Of a stretch of DNA of 64,000 nucleotides, positions 38,935-48,527 are shown one piece after another. Under the pieces are notes generated by a model that saw only the letters and a program-made list of their open reading frames with translations, was not told the origin of the DNA and searched no databases. Within the stretch, counting starts at the first letter, position 1, and each line of letters starts with the position of its first letter. A program made the translations under genes and the position numbers. Origin of the DNA: Terriglobia bacterium (lineage in GTDB: Bacteria; Acidobacteriota; Terriglobia; Versatilivoradales; Versatilivoraceae); NCBI GenBank assembly GCA_046331665.1, contig JAXLQK010000019.1, forward strand, positions 20,692 to 84,691, given 5' to 3'.

Positions 38935-40581
38935 TTGCTCCATGAAGGACGGGAGATATCCATGACCACGGGTCGCACTGATTTCATTTGCCTGATAGCC
39001 GCTTTGGGAATTCTCCTTGCGCTGGAGTTGGCCAGTCGACATCTGGCCAAAGATCTGGAAATCATCGAAACGGCCCTCCCCAACGCACCGCGAACTCCCA
39101 TTGTGATCATTCAGAAACGGCCTGGTGCAAATGCTCCCAACCAACCAGGGGCAGGGGCTAACGTCAAACTGTTATTGATTCACGGGCTGTCGGCGAGCAA
39201 ATCAACCATGATGCAAATGGGAATGGCTCTCGCACAATCTGGCGCGGAATGTTATCTGATCGACCTTCCCGGTCATGGCGCCTCCACCGGGAAATTCTCC
39301 TGGCCAGCAGGCCTGGATGCTGTCGCAGCGGCTTCGCGCTGGATTCTCGCCGAGCGCAACCCTGATTCAATTGGATCATCAAGGCACGGTTTCTTCCTCA
39401 TCGGTCACTCTCTCGGAGGGGGGATCGTCATTAAATCAGCTCAACTCAATTCACAGGTGACAGGAGTTGTTGCCTTGTCTCCCACGGCTGTTCCTGTGAC
39501 GTTAAACTCTCCAAACCACATGTTGATCCTGGTCGGGGAAAACGATTTTCCTTTTGTCAAACGCAGCGCCGCCTTTTTGTTTGAGAGCACGACATCCCAA
39601 ACCATTCACCCGTCATCCTCCATCACCCGATGGGAAAACCAGGAAAAAACCCAACGCCTCGTCTTCCTTCCCCTTACGGAGCATTCGGGAAGTCTATTCC
39701 AAGCCAAGGTCTACGGGGAGATCGAGCATTGGATCAACCAAACGCTCCAGCCTTCGGCCATCGGCCTGCGCCCCTCTGTTGCATCGGGAAAACAAGTTGT
39801 TATCAATGGATTACTTTGTCTTTCGGCACTGATGTCTTGGTTTCCCGCGTTTTCCCTGTTGGCAAAGTGGAAACCCACCAACACAGATCAAAGAGTAGAA
39901 TCTGGTTCAGCTCCTTGGCACGGCAATGCGATAGGCACTCATTGCCTCACGGGCTTTCAGATTTATCGAGCCTACGCCCTTTTCTCCTTTCTCGCGCTCC
40001 TCATCCTGCGATGGCATGATCCTTGGAATTACCTGCATTTGATGGGAGGCGGGTTTCTCACGGGATTTCTTTCGCTGACGGGTTTATTTCTTTTCCTATG
40101 GCGAAGGCCCTCCAGGAAGATCATGCGCTTTAACATCATGCCTCTTCTTACTGCGGTCGCGGGGGTCGTCTTGCTTTTACTCTATCCGTTTCCGTTGCTC
40201 ACGCAACACTTCGTCTTCCTGCAATGCACCCCAATCCGAAGTTGGAATTTCCTTTTGATTGCCATCAGCCTGATGCCGTTTTTCGTATGGGAGGAGTGGA
40301 TATTTCGACAAGGATTGGCCCTTCCAGGAAACTGGCAGAGAGCCGTTCACTTTGTCTCGACACGACTTATCCTGGCTTTCACTCTGATGATTGGATTTTT
40401 GTTCTTGAACAACTCTCAGTTTCTAATACTCTTATTGCTTCCGGGACTTGCGCTCTTAAGCCTGCTCGTTTGGCTGGGTTCTGGGTGGGTATTTTTCAAA
40501 ACAGGCAGTAGCGTGGCCTCGGCGCTTTTTGGTAGTTTATTGACTGGCCTGATCTTCAGCGCGTTCTTTACCCGGGTATAA
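38935..40581 (+). CDS. Fusion protein: N-terminal alpha/beta-hydrolase domain plus C-terminal CPBP (CAAX-protease/Abi-like) intramembrane domain
   Basis: N-terminal TM anchor, then HGLSASKS...GHSLGGG (a nucleophile elbow). At least eight TM helices follow, carrying WEEWIFRQG (the EExxxR CPBP motif 1) and downstream FxxxH/HxxxN-like residues. Confidence 0.7.
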   Translation: MLHEGREISMTTGRTDFICLIAALGILLALELASRHLAKDLEIIETALPNAPRTPIVIIQKRPGANAPNQPGAGANVKLLLIHGLSASKSTMMQMGMALAQSGAECYLIDLPGHGASTGKFSWPAGLDAVAAASRWILAERNPDSIGSSRHGFFLIGHSLGGGIVIKSAQLNSQVTGVVALSPTAVPVTLNSPNHMLILVGENDFPFVKRSAAFLFESTTSQTIHPSSSITRWENQEKTQRLVFLPLTEHSGSLFQAKVYGEIEHWINQTLQPSAIGLRPSVASGKQVVINGLLCLSALMSWFPAFSLLAKWKPTNTDQRVESGSAPWHGNAIGTHCLTGFQIYRAYALFSFLALLILRWHDPWNYLHLMGGGFLTGFLSLTGLFLFLWRRPSRKIMRFNIMPLLTAVAGVVLLLLYPFPLLTQHFVFLQCTPIRSWNFLLIAISLMPFFVWEEWIFRQGLALPGNWQRAVHFVSTRLILAFTLMIGFLFLNNSQFLILLLLPGLALLSLLVWLGSGWVFFKTGSSVASALFGSLLTGLIFSAFFTRV

Positions 40582-40604
40582 TTTAGGGCAGGGACACACT
40601 CGAC

Positions 40605-41756
40605 ATGATGAGAGTTGCCGTCATTGGGGCAGGTCCGGGGGGAGCCTATTGCGCCTCGCTCCTAGCCGGCAAAGGGTTTGGAGTTTCCTTGTTTGACTTC
40701 CATGCCGCATGGGAAAAACCCTGTGGCGGTGGCGTCACGTTTAAGGCCATTCAGAGATACCCGTTTTTGCGGCAAGCACTACAACCCCACCGCGCGATTC
40801 AGGCGATCGAAGTTCTATCCCCGTCTGACCAACGCGTCACGATTCCCTTAACTTCGCCTCTTTCCATCTACTCTCGCAACGTCCTCAATCAGATTATTCT
40901 CGATCAGGCGGTTTCTCAAGGAGTGAATTTTCATCAAGAACGCGTGTTGACCTTTTCCAAACACGGATCACAGTGGCAGATCCAAACCGATCGAGCCGCT
41001 TATGAGGTCGATTACCTGGTCGGAGCGGACGGGGTCAACAGCTTCGTACGAAAACGTCTGGGAAAAAAGTTTGAAGCCGAAGACCTGATGATGACGTTTG
41101 GATACCGTTTGCCCGGGGTTATGGATGATCGCATCATAATCAAATTCTACCCGAAATTTCACGGTTACCTCTGGGCGTTTCCGCGCCCAGAACATGTTTC
41201 CCTCGGGATTTGCGCCCGACTGCATCGCTATGGGATGAAGGAGCTCAAAACGCACTTGCATGAGTTCATGAGAAAATCATTCACTTCCAAGGATTTTCAA
41301 GCGGAAGAAGGGACGATTTACAGTTCTCTCATCCCTTCTCTGCGCCCAGAGTCCCTCAGGGAGAACCGCATCTGTGGAGAGGGCTGGGCATTGGTTGGCG
41401 ATGCCGCCGGTTTCTGTGACCCGATTACCTGCGAGGGCATTTATTTTGCGCTCCGTTCCGGAGAATTATTGGCGGAAACCCTCGCTGAAGGAGACAAACA
41501 ACTCTACGTGCGGTCTTGCAGTCAAGAATTCGTGGGTGACTTCATTTGCGGCGCAAACCTGTTTGAGAAATTTTACGCAGGCCAAATCATGGGCCGGGAT
41601 TTCATTACGCGGATGGTGCAATGGAGCCGGAAAAGCAAAATCCTTTGCGCCACGATGAATGCTTTTGTCGCCGGAAAGCAAAACTATCGGACTTTGAAAT
41701 ACTCCCTGCTTCGAAAGTCCCCTTTGATACTGCTCGAGTTGCTCCTTGGAACCTGA
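40605..41756 (+). CDS. Geranylgeranyl reductase family FAD-dependent oxidoreductase
   Basis: The Rossmann motif is VAVIGAGPGGAYCA. The GDAAGFCDPITCEGIYFA block is typical of ChlP/GGR-like reductases. It lies 24 nt downstream of the hydrolase-CPBP gene. Confidence 0.7.
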   Translation: MMRVAVIGAGPGGAYCASLLAGKGFGVSLFDFHAAWEKPCGGGVTFKAIQRYPFLRQALQPHRAIQAIEVLSPSDQRVTIPLTSPLSIYSRNVLNQIILDQAVSQGVNFHQERVLTFSKHGSQWQIQTDRAAYEVDYLVGADGVNSFVRKRLGKKFEAEDLMMTFGYRLPGVMDDRIIIKFYPKFHGYLWAFPRPEHVSLGICARLHRYGMKELKTHLHEFMRKSFTSKDFQAEEGTIYSSLIPSLRPESLRENRICGEGWALVGDAAGFCDPITCEGIYFALRSGELLAETLAEGDKQLYVRSCSQEFVGDFICGANLFEKFYAGQIMGRDFITRMVQWSRKSKILCATMNAFVAGKQNYRTLKYSLLRKSPLILLELLLGT

Positions 41757-41816
41757 CTCCAACGAGCGATGACCTTCTGGGATCTTGCTACAGCCGGAAG
41801 AACAGCCTGTGGCCCG

Positions 41817-42716
41817 TCAGCCCGCCGAAGAGCGTTTCGCCTTCTGAAGCCCCACGGAACGCATGATAAAATAATCAAATATTCTCTCAGGCAGGAATCG
41901 CTTCATCGCAAGGAAGAGATGGGCATGGCCGGGTGCCGCATAACGGAAGCGGGGCTTTTCATCTTTGAAGGCACGGAGGATAAGCGTGGCGATCTGATCG
42001 GGGCGGCCTGCGATGCTTCGGGCACGCTGTCGCGTTAGTGAAAGGTCTGAAAAATAAGGAGCGTAGGGTCCTGCACGATCAAGGATCGGCCGGGAGATTC
42101 GATCCGAGGCTTCCAGGAATTCCGTGAGAATAAATCCGGGTTCAATCAGGATTACCTGAATTCCAAAGATCGAAAGTTCACCGCGCAGCCCGTCAGTAAT
42201 GGCTTCCAAAGCGTGCTTCGTCGCATCGTAAATCGAGGAGAGAGGGCGGGCAATTTTCCCCGCTACGGAGCCGACATGGACAATTCTGCCCGTCCCTTGT
42301 TTCCGCATCGTGGGAATGACAGCCTGAGTCAAGGCGATTAAGGAAAACAAGTTGGTTTCGAAGTTCTGACGAATCGCTTCGACAGGTACCAGCTCAACAG
42401 GACCCCGGTGTCCGTACCCGGCGTTATTGACAAGACCATCAATTCTCCCGAAAGTTTGTAACGTCGTAGCAATAATTCGCTCACGATCCTGGGGGAGTGT
42501 AATATCGGCCGGAATAATAACCGACTTGCCGGCAGATGTTTGCAAGACGGGATCGCCGGTTTTCTCCAGGTCCGCCTTGAGGGAGAGGAGACGCTCCTGA
42601 CGTCGCGCAACCAGTGCCAAAGAGGCCCCTTCTCGTGCCAATAGCCTGGCAGTCGCTTCACCAATCCCGGAGGAGGCACCGGTAATGATAATGGCCTTCC
42701 CCTGAATCACGCCCAT
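41817..42716 (-). CDS. Short-chain dehydrogenase/reductase (SDR)
   Basis: TGASSGIG cofactor motif and a YxxxK active site (YDATKHAL). Confidence 0.85.
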   Translation of the reverse strand: MGVIQGKAIIITGASSGIGEATARLLAREGASLALVARRQERLLSLKADLEKTGDPVLQTSAGKSVIIPADITLPQDRERIIATTLQTFGRIDGLVNNAGYGHRGPVELVPVEAIRQNFETNLFSLIALTQAVIPTMRKQGTGRIVHVGSVAGKIARPLSSIYDATKHALEAITDGLRGELSIFGIQVILIEPGFILTEFLEASDRISRPILDRAGPYAPYFSDLSLTRQRARSIAGRPDQIATLILRAFKDEKPRFRYAAPGHAHLFLAMKRFLPERIFDYFIMRSVGLQKAKRSSAG

Positions 42717-42962
42717 TCTTCTCCTCCTGCTAACCCCTTATTTCTGCCTGCGAATATTTATCAATCTCAATGTAAAAATGTTCCGCTGGGAGATGCGCGG
42801 AACCAACTCAACAAATTTCCAGGCTCAAGCATGCCGTCCTTGGCAGAGTATAGCACAAGGAGAAAAGGCACTCAGGTTAAGGGGAAGAGGCTTATTCCCT
42901 GCTTTGAAGAATCCAAGGTGTTGGTCTGTGTTTGAAGAGTCAGTCCTGGATATTGCAGCAGG

Positions 42963-44132
42963 ATGTACAAAATCAGCCTGGAACTTCTTGCTTCAGTCAG
43001 GTGGTTGAGAAAATTCGAGCCGCGTGATAGGTTTGCCTGGGACTGCGAGTTAGAAAGGAAATTTCAGCGCCTGGAAGGTTCATTCATGAAGAAAGCGGGA
43101 CAGTATGGGATCAGCCTGGGACTTACCGCTCTCATCGGCTATCTCGTTTACAGGGGGGTGCCAGACTGGCATTATGCCTGGCACGTGATGATTCAGGGGA
43201 ACCCCCTCTGGCTTTTAAGCGGTCTTTTTTTTGTAATCCTGCACATGACTTTGAGAGCCCTCCGCTGGGGGATCCTGCTTTCCCCAGTCAAACATCGGAT
43301 TGCTTTCAGGAATCTTTTTTCTCTGACCCTGATCAAATATGTCGTAAATGCGGTTCCTCCACGAGCCGGCGAGGTCGCAGCTTCCATCCTCCTGGCACGG
43401 AAAGAAAAAATCTCAGTGGCTTCGGTGATTGCCGCCTCGCTTTTGGAACGCATACTGGATATGGTCACGGTCATCGTCATTTTCGGATATTACCTGATCT
43501 TTTATGCTTCCCGATTTATGCCAAACTCAAATCGTGGACGGGAGATCATGACGATGATCCAGAAGTACTCCCTCAAAGGGATGCTGGTTCTTGGTCTTCT
43601 CTTTGGCGTGTTGGCCTTCCTATTATGGAAGGACCGCTGGCTGAGTCAGCTCCCCGTTCGGGCTCAAGATCTTCTTCGCTCATTCCTGGGGGGGTTCAAG
43701 GGACTTCAGAAGGGCACCGTGGTCCTGAAATCCGCGATACTTTCCCTGGCAATTTGGATTTCAATCACCTTGCAACTGTGGTCGATGCTCCAGGCTTATG
43801 TGGATGTCTTTCCATTTGCAGGCGCTCTTTTTCTGATGTCTATCACGGTGGTGGGCGTGGCTATCCCGACCCCAGGCGGTGTCGGGGGATTTCAATTCTT
43901 CATGAATTTGGGGCTCATTAACTTCTTTGCTCAATACCTCGCCACCTCGGACCCTGTCTCGCAAGCGGCCGGCATCAGCAATGGATGTTATCTGGCCTCG
44001 ATGGTGCCTGTCATGCTCCTTGGCTTGTATTTTCTCAATCGAGAAGGGCTGTCTTTCGGCCGGATTTCCAAGCTCGACGCAGAGCAAAAACCCCGGGAGT
44101 TGGAGAAATTGGGTTCCACGCCTGAGTTGTGA
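42963..44132 (+). CDS. Flippase-like / lysylphosphatidylglycerol-synthase-TM-domain (UPF0104) family membrane protein
   Basis: Multi-TM protein with the conserved RWGILL and NAVPPRAGEVAASILLARKEKIS blocks of the LPG_synthase_TM family. The start may be ATG 43086. Confidence 0.6.
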   Translation: MYKISLELLASVRWLRKFEPRDRFAWDCELERKFQRLEGSFMKKAGQYGISLGLTALIGYLVYRGVPDWHYAWHVMIQGNPLWLLSGLFFVILHMTLRALRWGILLSPVKHRIAFRNLFSLTLIKYVVNAVPPRAGEVAASILLARKEKISVASVIAASLLERILDMVTVIVIFGYYLIFYASRFMPNSNRGREIMTMIQKYSLKGMLVLGLLFGVLAFLLWKDRWLSQLPVRAQDLLRSFLGGFKGLQKGTVVLKSAILSLAIWISITLQLWSMLQAYVDVFPFAGALFLMSITVVGVAIPTPGGVGGFQFFMNLGLINFFAQYLATSDPVSQAAGISNGCYLASMVPVMLLGLYFLNREGLSFGRISKLDAEQKPRELEKLGSTPEL

Positions 44133-44309
44133 GGTAGCGGCTCGCCGAGGCGTCTGGCTTCAGGACCTGATCCAGGGAATCTGAGGTTCGCCTTAGCCCA
44201 ATTGCCGTCTGCATTTCCCGGGGCCACACTTCAACCAAAAACCACAGTAATTTGGAACTCTGCCTATGGGAAGTGCCTATTCAAGCCTTTTCCTACGGCT
44301 CCAGCCCGT

Positions 44310-45455
44310 TCAATGGGACAGGCTTTCTTTCTTGGCGGCGATCGCCCGTATCAACGTTTCGAAGGAATCGAGAAACAGCTTGACGCCCTCGGTTTGAAGA
44401 GTCTTTCCTACCTGTTCAATGTCGATGCCCAAGGCGGCTAAACGGGTAAACAGAATCTTGGCAGCGTCCAGATCCTGTTCCAAACGGGCTGAAACTTTTC
44501 CATGATCGCGAAATGCGTCCACAGTTGCCGGAGGCAGCGTGTTCACTGTTTCCGGGCCAATCAACTCTTCCACATAGAGTACATCCCGATATTTCGGATT
44601 CTTGGTGCTTGTACTCGCCCAGAGCGGTCGCTGGACTCTCGCCCCTCGTTTGCGCAAAGAGCCGAAATTGGATTCCGAAAAGATTTCCTTGAATTTCTGG
44701 TAGACGAGACGCGAATTGGCAATCGCCGCTTGCCCCATCAGGCTTTGGATGAGTGCCTCCTGTCCTTTCGACGCGGCCAGAGCCTGGTCCAGTAACCGGT
44801 CGATGAGAGTATCCACGCGACTCACAAAGAAGCTGGCTACCGAACCGAGCCGGAGCGGTTGACCATTGCGGGCCCTGATTTCCAAGCCGCGCAGATAAGC
44901 TTCCGCCACACTGACATAGTGCGAGGGGGAGAACATCAGAGTAACGTTCACATTGATCCCTTCGGAAATCAACGTCTCAATGGCGGGGATGCCCTCCGGG
45001 GTGGCCGGAACCTTGATCATAACATTGGGCCGGCTCACTCGCTTCCAGAGCCGTCTGGCCTCTTCAATTGTCTTGTCGGTCTGATGCGCCAGGCGGGGGG
45101 AAACCTCGAGGCTTACATAGCCATCCAAGCCTTGAGTTTCGCGATAGACGGTCTGGAAAAGATCCGTTGCGGCCTGGATATCTTCGACAACGAGAGCCTC
45201 GTAGATCTCGTCAACGCTGGCGCCCTGCTTTGACAGCTTGTCCATTTCCGGATCATAGTCGTGGCTTCCGGTAATGGCCTTTTCAAAAATAGTCGGATTT
45301 GACGTTACGCCACGCAAGCCATCTTCATCAATGAGCTTCTTAAGCTGGCCGCTCCGAAGCAACTGTCTGGAAATGCTGTCCAGCCAAATGCTTTGACCCT
45401 GGGTTTGAAGCCCCAACAAGGGATTTCCAACTTGGGCAGATACCACTTGATCCAT
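44310..45455 (-). CDS. tal: Transaldolase
   Basis: Transaldolase signatures are present (SIWLDSISR, GVTSNPTIFEKA, the VSLEVSP region). Confidence 0.85.
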   Translation of the reverse strand: MDQVVSAQVGNPLLGLQTQGQSIWLDSISRQLLRSGQLKKLIDEDGLRGVTSNPTIFEKAITGSHDYDPEMDKLSKQGASVDEIYEALVVEDIQAATDLFQTVYRETQGLDGYVSLEVSPRLAHQTDKTIEEARRLWKRVSRPNVMIKVPATPEGIPAIETLISEGINVNVTLMFSPSHYVSVAEAYLRGLEIRARNGQPLRLGSVASFFVSRVDTLIDRLLDQALAASKGQEALIQSLMGQAAIANSRLVYQKFKEIFSESNFGSLRKRGARVQRPLWASTSTKNPKYRDVLYVEELIGPETVNTLPPATVDAFRDHGKVSARLEQDLDAAKILFTRLAALGIDIEQVGKTLQTEGVKLFLDSFETLIRAIAAKKESLSH

Positions 45456-45494
45456 AACATCCTCCCCTCATTCAGCAAACTGACTCAAATTCAA

Positions 45495-46967
45495 TTACGG
45501 TCCAAATTGATTAATCAATAATTCATAGAGTTCGTCCTGTCTCATCCTCATCTTCTCATAAACAGGTTGATTCTCGGGATTCGGAAGATAGACACGACCC
45601 AACGGATGAACAACCTGTCCACATGCGAAGATCCTCTTTGTAGTTTCCAGGGCCAGCAGGGCAGCACCACGGCTTGAAGCCTCTGTCACTGCGGAAGCGA
45701 TCACAGGACGACCCAGCACATCCGCCATGATTTGAGTCCATGCCGGAGAATTCAATAACGCCCCTCCGGAAGCCACGATTTCGACGGATTCCGGTGCCAC
45801 GGGCTTGAGCAAAGAGGCAATCTTTGCAAACCGGCAGGCCACCGATTCAAGACTTGCCCTGAGGATCTCAATCGGCCGCGTGTGAAGATTTAAACCGACA
45901 AACGCCGCTCGGGCCTGCCCTCTCCAACCGGGGCTCCTCTCGCCCAAGAGGAACGGGAGCACCGTCAAACCATGAGCCGCCGGCCCCATCGCCGAAAGTT
46001 CTTGTTCCAGCAACTCGGAATTGGCTTCCAGCCGGATGGTGTCCCGCAACCATTCAAAGAGAATGCCCCCGTTACTGAGGGCTCCGCCTATCAAGAAGCG
46101 CCGCCGATCAATATGATAACACCACAATCCCCGGGGGATAAAGGAGGGCGCTCGATCCAAGCTGATTCTCATTGCCCCGGATGTCCCCACCATCAAGGCG
46201 ATTCGTTTCGAGTCAACGCAGCCACTCCCAATATTGCTGCAGGCTCCATCCCCCAACGCCGGGAGCCAGGGGACATCCTTTAACCGCGGCCAGCGTTGGA
46301 TATAGGGCGATCGAAGCTGCTGGAGCGGCGTATCGAGATCTCCCAAGGGAGAAAGCTGCTCTGGAGAAAGTGACAGCGTCCTCAGGATTTCTTCATCCCA
46401 GGCGCAGCGGACCTGATCCAACAATCCGGTTCCTGAGGCCATCGAAATTCCGCAGATGGTCTCCCCAAACAATTTCAGGTAAAGATACTCGCCGAACGAC
46501 ATCCACTTCTTGGTTCGCTCCCAAAGGTCTGGCCGGCTCTGCCTCAACCATCTCAGTTTCGCGGGCCAATAACTCGGGTGTAAAACGGTTCCAGTGCGGG
46601 AGTGAACGGACTCTTCATTCAATTGTTGCTTCAATTCCTCGGCGGCTTCTGCACTCCGCGTATCCGCCCACGAGTACACCGGAGTCAACGGGCACTGGTC
46701 TTTGTCTACTCCCAAGACATTGTGCCAAAAGGTTGAAACTGCCACGGCATCGATTTCTTCGGGATTCCCGATTCCCTTGGCAAACACTTCATCGATGACC
46801 TGACACACCAGCTCGAAGAGGAAATCTGCGTCCACTTCGGCGCCGCCATCGGCTGTGGTTTGAAACTCATATCCTCGCCGGGCGTTTAAGCCCTCGCAAA
46901 GTTGAGCATTGCGATCATACAAACCCGCGCGTACCGATGAACTCCCGACATCGATCGTAAGAATCAT
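45495..46967 (-). CDS. FGGY-family carbohydrate kinase (gluconokinase/xylulokinase-like)
   Basis: IDVGSSSVRAGLYD N-terminus and FGGY C-terminal motifs. Confidence 0.8.
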   Translation of the reverse strand: MILTIDVGSSSVRAGLYDRNAQLCEGLNARRGYEFQTTADGGAEVDADFLFELVCQVIDEVFAKGIGNPEEIDAVAVSTFWHNVLGVDKDQCPLTPVYSWADTRSAEAAEELKQQLNEESVHSRTGTVLHPSYWPAKLRWLRQSRPDLWERTKKWMSFGEYLYLKLFGETICGISMASGTGLLDQVRCAWDEEILRTLSLSPEQLSPLGDLDTPLQQLRSPYIQRWPRLKDVPWLPALGDGACSNIGSGCVDSKRIALMVGTSGAMRISLDRAPSFIPRGLWCYHIDRRRFLIGGALSNGGILFEWLRDTIRLEANSELLEQELSAMGPAAHGLTVLPFLLGERSPGWRGQARAAFVGLNLHTRPIEILRASLESVACRFAKIASLLKPVAPESVEIVASGGALLNSPAWTQIMADVLGRPVIASAVTEASSRGAALLALETTKRIFACGQVVHPLGRVYLPNPENQPVYEKMRMRQDELYELLINQFGP

Positions 46968-47006
46968 GAAATGATCCCAGAAGGATTTGAAGTCATCCGG
47001 AGTCCT

Positions 47007-47708
47007 CTAGTAGAAGTAAATCTTCCGACGAAGTTGGTTCCTGCTGCGCCAGATCATGGCAATTCCAGCGACAAATCCCCCGATGTGCGCCCACCATGCC
47101 GTTCCTCCCATCTGCCCTTTGGAAGCAACCAAGGAGAGCGCTCCGCTGAAAAACTGCATCACAAACCAAAAGCCGATAAAGAGTAGCGCGGGAATTTCGA
47201 CAAGTTGAAAAAAGAAGAAAATGGGGAACAACGTCAAGACTCTGGCTCCCGGGAATAGGATGAGATAAGCCCCGAGTACTCCGGCAATGGCTCCGCTCGC
47301 TCCCACGGTGGGAACCGTCGATCCGGAATTTGTCAAAACATGGAACAGGGTCGCGGCCAGACCGCAGAAGAGGTAGAAAAAAAGATAGCGAAAGTGGCCG
47401 AGACGATCTTCCACATTGTCTCCAAACACCCACAAGTAGAGCATGTTGCCTAGGAAATGAAGCCACCCGCCATGGAGAAACATCGACGAAAACAGCGGAA
47501 GAATTCCGAGAAGAATTCCTTGGTGTGACCAGTATTTCGGGCTGAGAAAGAGGGCCGGAACCACTCCAAAATCATAGATGAAACGGTTCAAGAGATCCCT
47601 CTGGCCAAGGGACAACTCGAAGACAAATACAAGCCCATTGAGAATGATCAAAAAAACGGTGACGAGGGGATAGCTTTCAGAGCGGTTAATGTCTTTGAGG
47701 GGAATCAT
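47007..47708 (-). CDS. Rhomboid-family intramembrane serine protease
   Basis: Six or seven TM helices. GASGAIAGVLGAY (GxSG) is present, and a catalytic His lies in a later TM. Confidence 0.85.
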   Translation of the reverse strand: MIPLKDINRSESYPLVTVFLIILNGLVFVFELSLGQRDLLNRFIYDFGVVPALFLSPKYWSHQGILLGILPLFSSMFLHGGWLHFLGNMLYLWVFGDNVEDRLGHFRYLFFYLFCGLAATLFHVLTNSGSTVPTVGASGAIAGVLGAYLILFPGARVLTLFPIFFFFQLVEIPALLFIGFWFVMQFFSGALSLVASKGQMGGTAWWAHIGGFVAGIAMIWRSRNQLRRKIYFY

Positions 47709-47793
47709 AGCGAATTCCGGGGTCTCATTCTAATGACTCTAATTATGCAAAACCAGTAAAAAGGGGGAGTCAATAGTGTGGGAGGGGGCCAAT

Positions 47794-48447
47794 TCAGTAT
47801 ACGGGATCGAAAAATGTCCCGCGGAGTTGCAAGGGTTGTACATCAGGGTAAATGGTGGGAACAAAGGGGAATCTCAAAAGGGAAGATTCCGTTTTCGAGG
47901 AGCGGGGTTCATCCAAATCGGTTCGCTTGATGTTAAAGGAGCGCTTATTCCAATTTCCATTGACCTTGAAAGAAATATGAATGGATTCCCATTCGACTTC
48001 CTTCGGCCGCTCGATGATGTCGCTTTTACCAGAGGGAGGTGAGAAGTAAACGGTCTTGCTCACGGTCTGTCCAGGTTCAATGGTAATTGGGGCAAAACGA
48101 GAGATGACCGATTGCGGCGACTTCAAATCTCCCGCCGGGAAGAACGTACGTTGAAAGGCCTGCGGCCTTAAACGCAGAAAGGGCGTCTGAGCGAGACCCT
48201 TTAAGAGAGAGGCCTCAATATCGAGCACTGCAGCCCGAACCCGACCCGGGTTGTGAAAGGTCAGATCAAGAACCAACGCAGACTCCTGCGGATTGACGCA
48301 GGAAACGGCGGGAGAATACACCACAAGTTTATAGGGAGAAACACGAACCATCCAAAGGGTATAGATCGAGAACCCAAAGGCGAGGATCGAAAGCAAGATG
48401 GCAATCAGATTGGCTAAAAGAATCATGGATGAACCGATGGATATCAT
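47794..48447 (-). CDS. Hypothetical membrane-anchored protein
   Basis: An N-terminal TM helix (LLANLIAILLSILAFGFSIY) is followed by a roughly 180-aa beta-rich domain with no motif I recognise. Confidence 0.45.
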   Translation of the reverse strand: MISIGSSMILLANLIAILLSILAFGFSIYTLWMVRVSPYKLVVYSPAVSCVNPQESALVLDLTFHNPGRVRAAVLDIEASLLKGLAQTPFLRLRPQAFQRTFFPAGDLKSPQSVISRFAPITIEPGQTVSKTVYFSPPSGKSDIIERPKEVEWESIHISFKVNGNWNKRSFNIKRTDLDEPRSSKTESSLLRFPFVPTIYPDVQPLQLRGTFFDPVY

Positions 48448-48527
48448 GGGATCAACCGAGCTTTCTCGTTACCCTTCAGTGGGTCAAAAACCCTTCCACT
48501 ACTTTTCGGTAGTTTAGGGTTGTCGCT

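Noticed and set aside
38746-39144. 133-aa N-terminal extension of the HldE-like ORF
   Set aside because: No domain. It overlaps the start of the divergent hydrolase-CPBP gene, and the conserved adenylyltransferase domain begins at Met 38745.
46172-46798. 208-aa plus-strand ORF inside the FGGY kinase gene
   Set aside because: Arg/Ser/Pro-rich antisense translation of a conserved kinase.
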